A stretch of DNA of 64,000 nt from a virus (lineage: Duplodnaviria > Caudoviricetes): IMG/VR virus record IMGVR_UViG_3300032007_000037, positions 32,001 to 96,000 of that record; one strand, given 5' to 3'. The notes under the pieces were generated by a model, which made no database searches, was not told where the DNA came from, and was given only the letters and a program-made list of their open reading frames with translations. How positions within the stretch are numbered: position 1 is the stretch's first letter; every line of letters begins with the position of its first letter. Shown here one piece after another: positions 47,180 through 57,768 of the stretch. Both the position numbers and the translations under genes were made by a program.

Positions 47180-49534
47180 TTATTTTGGTGATTGGTCTAG
47201 AGTAATAGACTTACAAGAAGCCGATAGAGTAATGAAAAGACTATTGGCCTCTTCTGTCATCATATGCCCTCAAATAGAAGACCTCTTCAAATGCTTCAGG
47301 CTGTGTAAGTTAAATAATGTAAGGGTAATTATTATTGGACAGGATTAATTAGAAATACTTAGGGACTTTTTTAGATAGGTATTTATCTAGGTCAACTGCC
47401 GTATCTTTGGCACATAATTCAGGGTAATTATGAAAAAGTACAAAGAGATTGTAGTTGAAGACGATTTAAAACAGCTTCTTATTGGAAGCATTCTTGGAGA
47501 TGGTTGCTTTTGTTCTGTTAGCAAAACAACTAAGAATATGTGTTTAAGCATTGCTCATTCCATTAAACAAAAGGATTACTTGGAATATAAATGGAGTATT
47601 TTAAATAAATACAATTTAGTACCTCCTATCCGTGAAAACACTATTCATAATAACAGATATACTCATGATTTAACAGAATGTAGATTTAAAACTCGCCTAA
47701 ACCCTATTTTCACAGAAATTAGAAATAATAATTATGATGAAACAGGACATAAAAGAGTTAAAGAAGATTTTGTTAAAGACCTGGAACCATTAGGATTGGC
47801 AATCTGGTATATGGATGACGGGTATGTGACAAAGAATTCTTGTATATTATCTACTTGTTCTTTTACAATTGAAGAGCAAAACATTCTAGCAAAAATACTA
47901 TTAGATAAGTTCGATTTGCATTTTAATGTAGGTAAACATGATAATAGTATGTATCTCCAAGCAAAAGATTTTCCAAAATTTAAGAAGTTGATTGGGAATT
48001 ATGTTATACCATCTTTACAATATAAATTAGTTCCGTATAGTAAAAGGGTTCTGTATAAATCGGGTGAATTGCTGGAACATCCCAATGGGACAATCAGCAG
48101 CCAAGCACAAGCTTAACAACTTGTGAAGGTTCAGAGACTAACAGTATTATATAAATAAGAACAAGCTAAATGTTTGATTATGACGAAAGAAGAAAAGGCA
48201 ACTTTAATTGGAATAGTGCTAGGTGACGGGCATCTGGCATGTAGTAGATACAAAAACTGTAATGCTTTTCATCAAGAAATTTTCTTAATTCATTCAATAG
48301 AACAAAAAGAATATCTTGAGTGGAAAGTTAATCTAATACATTCCATTATAGGAGGGAACAAGCCCTCTATTATTGAATTTAGCAATAATGGTTATCACGG
48401 AGTTAAAGCTATGAAGTCTCATAGATATTTTAGAGTTTTATATAAATATTTATATAAGAATGGAACTAAAACAATTCCTTTGAAAGCTCTTAATAGATTA
48501 ACTCCCTTAGCTATTGCTATATGGTGGATGGATGATGGTTCATTGTGCAAGAAAGTTAGAAATAATAAAATTCACGCATGGGAACTATATTTGAACACCT
48601 ATTTAAGCAAAGAGGAAAATCAAGTTATAATTGACTATTTCCAAAATGTATGGAATGTTAAATGGAATCTTAATATGAGTAAGGGTAAGTATAGACTAAG
48701 ATGCTCTACACAAGAAGGTAGAAAGTTTCTTAATATCATACGACCTATTGTATCTCAAATTAAGTGTATGCAGTACAAATGTTTAGAAATCTAATTAACA
48801 GTTGAAACTGAATATTATGGAAAAATTAAAAGTATATTGTCCCTATTCTTCTTTAGAATTAGGGCGGGAAACAATTAAAAAATTAACAAATATTTCTTTT
48901 GATAAGCCTTGGTATTTAAAATATAATACTGACACGAGTGCCCGACACTTATAGTAAGTGAAGATATAGTCCGAACTACATGGTAACATGTAGAAATAGA
49001 AGATAAAGAGCTTCTATGGTAACAATTATGCCTTATCCAAACATTATTAACGGCAAACCTGTAGCTACAGGTCTTGCCTTTGCTAATTCCCCTAACGTAT
49101 CAGAAGAATTCTATTCACCATCTTTAGCTGTCCTAAAGGAGTCAGTAATTGACTATACTAAACCACACGGAATAACTACTTTTGATGCGAGTTTGGAGAA
49201 GTGGGAAGAGCAAGGAGTTTTATTACTTAACTCATATTTATCTTGTGCAGCAGGTCTACCTAATTCACATATGTTACTTTGGAGACCCTTCACAAAATCC
49301 TTACTCATTAATTTGTCTGAATGTAGCCCTGGATTAGTGTATGTACTAATGGGAAGTACGGCACAATCCTTTGAACCTTACATTAATGCTAAATGTAATT
49401 ATGTCTTCAAGACCAAACATCCCGCATACTATGCAAGAGCTCATGAGAGAATGCCTTCAGACATTTGGAAACAGGTTAATAAAATTCTCATTGGTCAAAG
49501 CGGCTATGGGATTGAGTGGTTTAAAGAAGAATAA
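47166..49534 (+). CDS. ung: uracil-DNA glycosylase, spliced: join(47166..47345,49031..49534), 227 aa
   Basis: GQD|PY restored on splicing; ATGLAF, GVLLLN, HPA motifs. Confidence 0.92.
47430..48116 (+). CDS. LAGLIDADG_2-type endonuclease in intron L1, with own TATCTTTG promoter (47402-47409)
   Basis: LLIGSILGDG; LAIWYMDDG. Confidence 0.88.
   Translation: MKKYKEIVVEDDLKQLLIGSILGDGCFCSVSKTTKNMCLSIAHSIKQKDYLEYKWSILNKYNLVPPIRENTIHNNRYTHDLTECRFKTRLNPIFTEIRNNNYDETGHKRVKEDFVKDLEPLGLAIWYMDDGYVTKNSCILSTCSFTIEEQNILAKILLDKFDLHFNVGKHDNSMYLQAKDFPKFKKLIGNYVIPSLQYKLVPYSKRVLYKSGELLEHPNGTISSQAQA
48174..48794 (+). CDS. second LAGLIDADG_2-type endonuclease, looped out after P7 (probable start ATG 48180)
   Basis: LIGIVLGDG; IAIWWMDDG; flanked by CAGTATTATAT/ATATAATACTG stem. 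Confidence 0.88.
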   Translation: MIMTKEEKATLIGIVLGDGHLACSRYKNCNAFHQEIFLIHSIEQKEYLEWKVNLIHSIIGGNKPSIIEFSNNGYHGVKAMKSHRYFRVLYKYLYKNGTKTIPLKALNRLTPLAIAIWWMDDGSLCKKVRNNKIHAWELYLNTYLSKEENQVIIDYFQNVWNVKWNLNMSKGKYRLRCSTQEGRKFLNIIRPIVSQIKCMQYKCLEI

Positions 49535-49558
49535 TAACGATTAAAAAAAGTAAAACTA

Positions 49559-49897
49559 ATGAAAAAGTGTTTTATATGTGAAACGGGTAGAGAGATTAAG
49601 TTTGGTGACATCGTTAAACTTAATTTAACCAAAAACTTAAAGGATGGTTCAACAGTACACAAAGTTATAAAGTGTAAATTCCATCCTATTTTAATTGAGC
49701 CTCTTTTAGAGCAAGGTATTATAGAATTAAGAGACGTGGAAGACGAAGAAAAGCTTGATGATGAAAATCAGGAAGTTGAAGAATTCTTCGAAGAGCTTCT
49801 TAAAAGGTATAGCGAACTTGAAGAAAGGGTTATAGAGCTTGAAGGTATTGTAGCAGAATTAACCGAAAAACCAAACAAGAATGAGCGAAAGAATTAA
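49559..49897 (+). CDS. hypothetical protein with acidic coiled-coil C-terminus
   Basis: Clean ORF in operon. Confidence 0.65.
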   Translation: MKKCFICETGREIKFGDIVKLNLTKNLKDGSTVHKVIKCKFHPILIEPLLEQGIIELRDVEDEEKLDDENQEVEEFFEELLKRYSELEERVIELEGIVAELTEKPNKNERKN

Positions 49898-50465
49898 GAA
49901 TGTAGACCATGCCCAAAGACCCAAGGAATATAATGGCAAAAAGTTTAGAAGCGATCTTGAAAGAAACACAGCAAGAACTCTTGATGTATTAAATATTCCC
50001 TATGAATATGAACCTAGGAAAATTGTGCTTCTGGAGGGTTTCAGATGCCCTTATCAAAAAGATAAGGTTCGAGCCCTTACATATACGCCTGATTTCATCA
50101 TAGGGAATATTATGATTGAATGTAAGGGATTTGAAACTCCTGAATGGAAAAACAAGAAAAAGCTTGTATTTAGATACCTGATTGACAATGAGCCAGACAC
50201 AATGTTTTATCAGATACATGATTGCAAGAAGTCTTTACTTACTGTCTTAGATAATCATTGGATTACTTTGGGAAAGGTTATTAAGGTGACTTCTAAGTCC
50301 ACCAAAAAGAACCCTTCTGTGGAATATAAATTCTCTTCAATTAGAGAGGCTATGGATACCCTACATTTAACAGGAAGGACTATAGCTCCTATTATGCGCT
50401 CATTGATGGGTAATGCTCAGTTTGTATATGATTATAACTGGAAGTTAGAGAACTTAAACTTATAA
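49881..50465 (+). CDS. PD-(D/E)xK endonuclease (T7 endo I-like)
   Basis: FRSDLE...YEYEP...YTPDF...IECKG. Confidence 0.85.
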   Translation: MSERIKNVDHAQRPKEYNGKKFRSDLERNTARTLDVLNIPYEYEPRKIVLLEGFRCPYQKDKVRALTYTPDFIIGNIMIECKGFETPEWKNKKKLVFRYLIDNEPDTMFYQIHDCKKSLLTVLDNHWITLGKVIKVTSKSTKKNPSVEYKFSSIREAMDTLHLTGRTIAPIMRSLMGNAQFVYDYNWKLENLNL

Positions 50466-50468
50466 CAC

Positions 50469-50732
50469 ATGGGAAGTCGTTTTGATAAATATAAAAGTGA
50501 AGGCAAGGCTATCTCTAATCATATCTCCAACATTAATAACTTTATTGATTGGAATTATGATAGTGGCCTTGACCTCATTGAGAAAGAGATAAAAGATTTA
50601 CAAGGAAGGATAGATAGAGGTAATGCCCCAGCTATATTTAGTAATAAGGTGAATGGCCTCATTAAGTTAGGTGAATGTATAGAGGCATTGCATGAAATCT
50701 ATCATTTCAATAAAACAACTAAAGATAATTAA
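50469..50732 (+). CDS. hypothetical protein
   Basis: Clean ORF in operon. Confidence 0.6.
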   Translation: MGSRFDKYKSEGKAISNHISNINNFIDWNYDSGLDLIEKEIKDLQGRIDRGNAPAIFSNKVNGLIKLGECIEALHEIYHFNKTTKDN

Positions 50733-50734
50733 TT

Positions 50735-51787
50735 ATGGAAATCCAAAAAGAGCTTAGTGACATATCCCTTCAGATAACAGAACCTGAGTATAGGGCTATG
50801 CCTGAGTTATCATATAGTATTTTATCTAACTATATGACATTGGGATTCTCTGGTCTAGATCATCTATTTGATAAGAAAGAAAGTCTTTCACTTACATTAG
50901 GAAGTGCTGTTGATGCTATAATTACAGGTGGAGAAGATGAATTCAACTCTTTATTTGCTGTAGCAGACATTTCTTCTATGGGAGATACAAAAGAAAATAA
51001 AATTGTCCATTATCTATTTGATAATTATGGTAAGGTGTATTCCACTATAGAAGAAGTTCCTGCAACATACATTCTTGAAGCTTGTAATCAATTCAATTAT
51101 GGTGCAGATAATTGGAAACCTGAAACAAAAACAGGTAAGATAACAAAGGCGGGTACAGCTTATTGGAAAGCTAAAGTAGCTGTTGGAGATAAAACCCTTC
51201 TTTCACTTCAGAATTATCAAGATGTGAGAAATATGGTAAAGGCTCTTAGAGAATCTCCTGCAACTGGTGGATTCTTTGCAAAAGATGATTGGCTTTCTCC
51301 TATCAGAAGATACTATCAACTTAAGTTCAAAGCCACTTTAGATAATGTTGGTTATCGCTGTATGGCTGATGAAATAATTGTGGATTATGAACATAAGATT
51401 GTCCAGCCTATTGATCTTAAAACTTCTTTAGGGTGTGATGAATGGAACTTTGAAGAGAACTTTAAAAAGTGGCACTATTATATTCAAGCACGCCTTTATT
51501 GGAGAATCATCAGGGCTAATATGAATGCAGATCCCTATTTTAAGGACTTTGAACTAAATGATTATATCTTTATTATAGTAAACCCTAAGAATCTTATGCC
51601 GCTCAAGTGGAAATTTCCACTTACTCAAGTGGAGGGTACTCTTATTACTGATGATGGGGAGGAAATTGTAGACCCCTTTGTATTGGGAAAAGAGCTTAGG
51701 GCTTATCTAAATCTAAGGCCACCTGTTCCTAATGAAATTAACAAAGATGGGGTAAACATAATTAAGTGTATAAAAATAAAAGAATAA
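50735..51787 (+). CDS. PD-(D/E)xK exonuclease (RecE/ExoVIII-like)
   Basis: LSYS, LGSAVD, RCMAD, IDLKT, YYIQARLY. Confidence 0.85.
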   Translation: MEIQKELSDISLQITEPEYRAMPELSYSILSNYMTLGFSGLDHLFDKKESLSLTLGSAVDAIITGGEDEFNSLFAVADISSMGDTKENKIVHYLFDNYGKVYSTIEEVPATYILEACNQFNYGADNWKPETKTGKITKAGTAYWKAKVAVGDKTLLSLQNYQDVRNMVKALRESPATGGFFAKDDWLSPIRRYYQLKFKATLDNVGYRCMADEIIVDYEHKIVQPIDLKTSLGCDEWNFEENFKKWHYYIQARLYWRIIRANMNADPYFKDFELNDYIFIIVNPKNLMPLKWKFPLTQVEGTLITDDGEEIVDPFVLGKELRAYLNLRPPVPNEINKDGVNIIKCIKIKE

Positions 51788-52272
51788 TGAAAAGAATAGT
51801 AAAAGTAGTTAGACATAATCCACTAGCTGATGTTGTTGTTAATGAAAAAGGAGATTGCTTTGATTTAATTGCAACAGAGGATTGTGAGATTACACCAAAT
51901 CAAGCACATTTGATCTCATTGGGTGTATCTATGAAATTACCCAGTGGATGTATAGCCAAGATATATGACAGGAGCAGTAATCCTTTAAAGAGATTCTTTT
52001 TTCTTGCCAATGGTGTGGGATACATAGATAATTCATACAAAGGCAAAGACGACATATGGAAATTCCAAGCATTAGCTGTTAAATCAGGACATTATAAGCC
52101 TGTACACGTTAAGGCTGGTGATAGAATATGCCAGTTTGAAATCTGTTTGAGCCAGAAAGCAACTGTGTTGCAAAAACTTATGTGGCTGTTCACAAACGGA
52201 TATGAGTTTAAGTATGTAGATGATTTAGAGGATGACAGTAGAGGCGGCTTTGGCTCTACCGATGAAAATTAA
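51787..52272 (+). CDS. dut: dUTPase
   Basis: FDL.A, RSS, GYIDNSYKG, GDRICQ, RGGFGST; probable ATG 51787. Confidence 0.95.
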   Translation: MKRIVKVVRHNPLADVVVNEKGDCFDLIATEDCEITPNQAHLISLGVSMKLPSGCIAKIYDRSSNPLKRFFFLANGVGYIDNSYKGKDDIWKFQALAVKSGHYKPVHVKAGDRICQFEICLSQKATVLQKLMWLFTNGYEFKYVDDLEDDSRGGFGSTDEN

Positions 52273-52284
52273 ATTGATGAGAAG

Positions 52285-52713
52285 ATGGGTAAGAAAAATA
52301 TTTCATTGTTTACAGTTTCCTTTCGACAGGGCTTCATAAGTCCTAATCTTCCTATAGCTACTTTTTATCAGGAAGATAAAAAGATTGTATTTCTTTTAGA
52401 TTCTGGCTCAGACAAGAATGTTATTGACAGCAATGCAATAAAACTGTTTGAACATAAAGTAAAAGACGATGCAGAAGAAACTCATTTGTCTGGTGTAGGT
52501 GGAACTCAAAAAGTATATACAGCATCGCTTGCATTTGGTACAAAAGACGAAAAATATACAGCTGACTTTCTAGTTACTGATTTGAAGGAAACTTTTGATT
52601 TGATTGAAAAGGAACATGGCATTGCTATACATGGTATTATTGGTTCCTCCTTCCTAAGAGAACATCACGTTGTATTAGATTTCAAGAATTTAGCCGCTTA
52701 CAGTAAACAATGA
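52285..52713 (+). CDS. retropepsin-like aspartic protease
   Basis: FLLDSGS, GVGG flap, GIIGSSFL. Confidence 0.85.
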   Translation: MGKKNISLFTVSFRQGFISPNLPIATFYQEDKKIVFLLDSGSDKNVIDSNAIKLFEHKVKDDAEETHLSGVGGTQKVYTASLAFGTKDEKYTADFLVTDLKETFDLIEKEHGIAIHGIIGSSFLREHHVVLDFKNLAAYSKQ

Positions 52714-55700
52714 TTTACTATGTCACTCTTCAGCAGGAAGCATTTGAACATGATGCCTACCAAATGTGTTCTGTAGAGAAGTCTTTGCAGTTATTAGACT
52801 CCTTTACGGGCCATATGATTCAATTAGATACTGAAACCACAGGATTAGATCCGCACATTGATAGGATTCTTTTGTTACAACTTGGTAATATTGAAGAGAC
52901 AATCCAGATAGTAATTAATGCTTCTGAAATAGATATCAGGCTTTATAAAGAGGCTATTGAATCAGCATTTATCATAGGACAGAATTTGAAGTTTGATATT
53001 AAGGTATTATTTGCCTTTGAAATTATTATTCGCAACTGCTATGATACCATGACCGCTGAGCAGTTACTCTATATGGCATATCCTAATTTCATGATAGGTT
53101 GTACAGAAGAAATAATGATGCAATATTGTGATTATATAGACAGTGTGCCTGGTTGGGAAGATTTGAAAAAAGAAGAGAAGAAAAGAATGCTCTACAGAGA
53201 CGAGCCTGAAGTAGCTGAATTTATCTATGAACATAGTGGTGTCGGTTTAAAAGCCCTAATGTATAGATATTTTGGCGAGGAAATGTCTAAGGAAGTCAGG
53301 GAGGAATTTACACAAGAACTTCAGAGAATTGAAACTAAGCATATTATCTATGCAGCAAAGGATGTTCAGCCCCTTTACAAACTTATGCAGATGCAGGTTC
53401 AGAGACTGAAAGAACGCGATCTACTTCAAGCAGCCAAAGTAGAGTGCCTCTTTATCCCTTCTATAGCTTATTATGAGTGGTGTGGTGTACATATGGATGT
53501 TCCTTTATGGGAGCAAAAGATGGCTTCTGATTATAAGAAGATGTCTGAAGCCTTGGAGAAACTAAATCAGTATGTGGTCGATTTTAATGATAGCAGATTT
53601 CTTCGGATTAATCTGCAAGGAGACCTTTTTCTAGGTTGGGACACAGCCCCAAAGTGTACTATTAACTGGAACTCCAATAAACAGGTTATTCCGTTCTTAA
53701 CCGCTCTTGGCTTTAACTGTAAGGGTATTGACAAGAAAACAAAAGAGGAGAAGGATAGCATTGATGCTTCAGTCCTTGAGCCTCAGAGACATATTAATCC
53801 TGAGTTCTATGATATCTATTTAGCCTATACAGAAGCTCAAAAAGTATGTAGTACCTACGGTCAGAACTATCTGAATGCCATTAACCCCTATACTAATAGA
53901 GTTCATACAACCTTTAGGGCTATTGGAACTGACACAGGTAGATTGGCTTGTGGCTCTCAGAAACAGAACCAATCCCTTGCAAGGATTAAAGGACTGCCTG
54001 TAAGCAAAGAGGTTAAGGATACCAAGCTAAAATGTGCATATCCACAACTTCAGAATCTCCCTGCTGATGAAATTACAAGAGCCTCCTTCTGTGCAGAGAA
54101 AGGTAATGTCTGGATTTCAATAGACTATTGTGGTCAGGAATCAGTTTTGATGGCAGATTTCTCTCAGGATAAGGCTATGATGGATGTGTTCCTCAAAGGT
54201 GAGGACATGCATTCTACTGTGGCCTATATGATTTTTCCTAATGAAATCCCACGCGATACACCTATCAAGGATATTAAGAAGCTCTATAAACACTACAGAC
54301 AGGAAGCAAAAGGGCCTGAGTTCAAAATAGGACTCCTTACATGGAAACATGTATGTAAAATCGCAAATAACGGTGAACAGATGAACGCCGTGATGGTATG
54401 GTTACATACCTTCCTAGAGACTACTAATGCGGGCCTAAACAATAACAGTTGTACGTTATTGCATGGTCAAGGAATAGCCCACAAGTTATATAATTAACAA
54501 ATACATAGAATATGAGAACTAGAAAAGTGCAGTATTGTCCCATTTGTGGGAGAAGAAATACTGATGAATTTGCAGATGGTTATTGCAAGAAACACAAAAC
54601 CCAGTTAGATAAATATGGGAAAGTACTCGATTGCAATCCTAGGACAAAGTATGACCCCAATGAGTTTCGTTTCATTGGAAATAGGGTGGAATTTGATACG
54701 TATAGCCTCCCAACTAATAATGTGAATCAAACATACATTATTGATGCAGAGGATTATCCGAAAGTAAGCCAGTATAAATGGCAGACTTTAAGCACTGGAT
54801 ATGCAGGAACAAGAAATCCTGACACTAAAAAGATTATGCTATTGCATAGATTTGTTATGGATGCTAAACCTGGACAAGAAGTTGACCATATAAATCAGGA
54901 TATTAGGGACAATAGGAAGGAAAACCTTAGATATGCTGAAAATGGTCTTAACGTAGCAAACAGAAGACCTTATAACATCCTTCAGTTAAAAGGGGTAGAA
55001 CAACAAAAGAGTGGAAAATATAGTGCCTATGTACGAAGGGAGGGAAAACAGTATCATTCCAATGTATATGACACTATAGAAGAGGCTCAGTTTGCACGTT
55101 ATATCTTAGAACAAATGGTATATCCAGAGGGGTTAACCCAAGGTTCCGTTATTAATTTAACTGAAGAGAAAAAACTGCAAATTATCAACCAATTAACTCA
55201 TAAATTTGTTAAGTTATGACTAGCTGTTTTGCATATGCAGGCAATGACAGTACCTTGGTTCAGCAATATGGTATGGATAAGGAAGTAGCCAAGAGCATCT
55301 ATGATAACTATATGAAAGGTTTTCCAGGAATAGCAAAATTCCAGGAAAAACAGAAGAAATTTGTAGTAGATAATGGCTATATTCTTATTTCTCCTGTTAC
55401 AGGCCATAAAGCATTTTGGTGGGACTGGAAATGGTGGTGTAAAATAGAGAAGTCTCAGGATAAAGAATTTTGGGAAGAATACAGAATGTATCATAAAGGA
55501 ACAGGAGATGAGGTTGCAAGAAAGGTTTCCAAGCATTTTAAGGCCAAGACCAAATGGGAGAAAAATGCCTGTAACTCACCTCTACAGGGCTGTGGGGCTA
55601 TTATCTTTAAGAAGTTCAACAAGAGGCTCTTTGACTGGATAGTAGACAATGGTTATTTTAATATAGTTAAGCTTTGTATTCCAGTCCATGATGAAACTAA

Positions 55701-55998
55701 TGTAGAAGCACCTGCTAAAATAGGAGAACTTGTAAAAGACACTATTCAGACTATCATGCGAGAAGAGGCTAAGCCATTTCTGCATACTTTGGCACTTGAT
55801 GCAGATGAATCACGTTTCAGTGTGTGCATTAAGGATTATGTTTATGAGGGAGAGACTGTTGCTCATCAGGGAGATATTGTCTGTATCAATGAGGAATCAT
55901 TCCACAATGTTACAGAAGACAAGAGATATTCTATTGCCATAAAGGATAAATCCTGCTTTGACTCTAAAGGCCCCTTGCCTACATATTGGATTCACTAA
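52710..55998 (+). CDS. polA: family A DNA polymerase with 3'-5' exonuclease, spliced: join(52710..54322,55224..55998), 795 aa
   Basis: DTETTG, NLKFD, YAAKD, TGRL, QNLP, DYCGQE, RQEAKGPEF|CFAYAG, VHDE. Confidence 0.95.
54323..55223 (+). mobile_element. group I intron in polA motif B with HNH-AP2 endonuclease in P9
   Basis: P1 GAGTT/GACTC; P10 CAAAATAG/CTGTTTTG; CTAGAGACTA and AAGGAATAGCCC; terminal G55223; splicing restores TT|C Phe. Confidence 0.9.
54512..55219 (+). CDS. intron-encoded HNH endonuclease with AP2-like domain
   Basis: LHRFVM...VDHINQDIRDNRKENLR; KGV...Y.AYV...EEAQFAR. Confidence 0.9.
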   Translation: MRTRKVQYCPICGRRNTDEFADGYCKKHKTQLDKYGKVLDCNPRTKYDPNEFRFIGNRVEFDTYSLPTNNVNQTYIIDAEDYPKVSQYKWQTLSTGYAGTRNPDTKKIMLLHRFVMDAKPGQEVDHINQDIRDNRKENLRYAENGLNVANRRPYNILQLKGVEQQKSGKYSAYVRREGKQYHSNVYDTIEEAQFARYILEQMVYPEGLTQGSVINLTEEKKLQIINQLTHKFVKL

Positions 55999-56263
55999 TA
56001 ACCAAAAACAAAACAGATGAAAGCAAGTAATACTCCCGTAGTAATTTCACTCACTAAAGATGAAGTGGAGGCTTTGGCAGATTTTTGTAATGATAACCTA
56101 TTAGTAGGTTCAGTATTAATAACTCAGTCATCAGAATCTGGTATAGGTCTTACTACCAAAGTAATGGTTAAGGATTTGCCAGAGACTATGACTGATATAA
56201 CAGATTTTAAATCATGGTAATATGGGATGCAAAAATAAACCAACATTATAATAGTGTAGAATT

Positions 56264-56725
56264 ATGTTAATAGAAGTAAAAGTTAAAGTCGTAAGAGTCA
56301 TTGATGAGAAGACAAGAAAGAAAAGTGAAAACTATCTTGTTGAGAATTGTGAACTCTTTGTAGAAGCCGAGAACAAAGTGATGAGCGAGCTTGTTGAAGA
56401 GAAAAAATCGCACCTTCTCGAAGACTTTGAGATTCAATCTCTTAAGATTTCTCAGATTAAAGAAGTATATACCCAATACACTGGTGATACCACCTTTGTC
56501 GTCACATTGAAGGACATCTTCCTTGAAACTGATGGTACTGAAAAGGTAACAAAGTACAAAATATTGTTGTGGGCTAAAGATGTGGCTGAGGCTACTAAAC
56601 GTGCTACAGAACTTGCTAAGCAAGGCTATGACATGGTTATTGAAAGTATTAAAGAAGCAAATTATACATACTTAAATAGCGAAGACAATGCAGGAACAAG
56701 TGACAGCACAGAAGCAGAAGCCTGA
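56264..56725 (+). CDS. DUF4494-like Bacteroidota protein
   Basis: EVKV...K.SENYLV...F.EAE; second repeat ...K.TKYKILL.A. Confidence 0.65.
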   Translation: MLIEVKVKVVRVIDEKTRKKSENYLVENCELFVEAENKVMSELVEEKKSHLLEDFEIQSLKISQIKEVYTQYTGDTTFVVTLKDIFLETDGTEKVTKYKILLWAKDVAEATKRATELAKQGYDMVIESIKEANYTYLNSEDNAGTSDSTEAEA

Positions 56726-56975
56726 TATGGTAAATCATCCTCCTCACTATTCTTGGCTTAAAGAGGTATGTGGTGTTGAAGTAATAGACATTGTCCGTCA
56801 CATGGATTTTGACTTAGGCAATGCCACTAAATACATTCTTAGATGTGGACGTAAGGAAGATGCAGATAAGACTCTTAAAGAAAAGATGATTGAGGATCTA
56901 CAGAAAGCAATGTGGTATATTAATGATAAAATAAAAACATTACAAGATGGCAAAACCGAAGATTGCAACCCATGA
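56688..56975 (+). CDS. DUF3310-like protein
   Basis: VNHPPHY...EVID...F.LGNA.KY..R.G.K...EDL.KA.WY. Confidence 0.85.
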   Translation: MQEQVTAQKQKPDMVNHPPHYSWLKEVCGVEVIDIVRHMDFDLGNATKYILRCGRKEDADKTLKEKMIEDLQKAMWYINDKIKTLQDGKTEDCNP

Positions 56976-57519
56976 TAGTGCGACTGGTGAAAAAGCCAAG
57001 AACTTTTTGTCATGGATAATGATTCCTTTTGCAAGGACTCAAAGTAAAACGATTAAAGAACAATATGAAGCTGGTGCTAGAATGTTTGATCTTCGTATTA
57101 GAAAGAGTAAAAACATATGGCACATGGCTCATGGATTGTTTATGACTAAGAAGACATTTGTTGATATTCTTAAGGAACTATCTTCTTTTGGAGAAACATG
57201 CTATATTCTTGTTACCTATGAAGGAAAGCTAGTAGAAGAAGAGGAGCTAGCAAAGTTTATCAGTCAAGTAAATTATCTTAAGGAGACTTATCCAAAAATC
57301 AAATGGGGCCCAGTTGCTGTAAAGTATACAGACAATGATGCTGTAGTAGACTGGAAAACCATCTTGCCTGCAAAGTTCCCAAAGAATGAACAGGCATTCC
57401 TACCCCTTGATGGTAAGCATTGGCAAACGCTCCTTCCAATTCCTTGGTTTTGGAAACAGTTCTATTTTAAGCATGTAGAATTTGATACAGATATTTATAA
57501 GTTTGTAGATTTCTTATAA
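56947..57519 (+). CDS. PI-PLC X-domain-like phosphodiesterase
   Basis: ATHDS, ARTQSKTIKEQYEAGARMFDLRI, HMAHG. Confidence 0.7.
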   Translation: MAKPKIATHDSATGEKAKNFLSWIMIPFARTQSKTIKEQYEAGARMFDLRIRKSKNIWHMAHGLFMTKKTFVDILKELSSFGETCYILVTYEGKLVEEEELAKFISQVNYLKETYPKIKWGPVAVKYTDNDAVVDWKTILPAKFPKNEQAFLPLDGKHWQTLLPIPWFWKQFYFKHVEFDTDIYKFVDFL

Positions 57520-57534
57520 GTAGAGAAAGAAGTG

Positions 57535-57569
57535 GAGTTAAGCCCTGAACAGGGGCTTAGCTCTTTTTT
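57535..57569 (+). terminator. intrinsic terminator
   Basis: GAGTTAAGCCCT-GAACA-GGGGCTTAGCTC-TTTTT. Confidence 0.75.
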
Positions 57570-57768
57570 AACACACTGTAATAGATATTCAAAATGACAC
57601 AGAAAGAGAAGATAAGGGAGAGCCTGATGTTCGCAAATAAAGTGAAGGCTCTTGCTGAAAGCATACTTCGTGAAGGCAATGACTATGATATGCAATGGCA
57701 TAAAAGCTATTGTAAGCAGTTAAGAGAGGCCAGCGAATCAATCCTAAAGAAACTATATTCCTAAGCTT

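Larger units (their letters stand above)
47346..49030 (+). mobile_element. group I intron in ung carrying two LAGLIDADG ORFs
   Basis: 5' exon CAGGAT pairs with IGS GTTCTG (48048-48053); AATTGCTGGAA, AATCAGCAG, TTCAGAGACTA (48130-48140), AAGATATAGTCC (48961-48972); terminal G49030. Confidence 0.92.
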
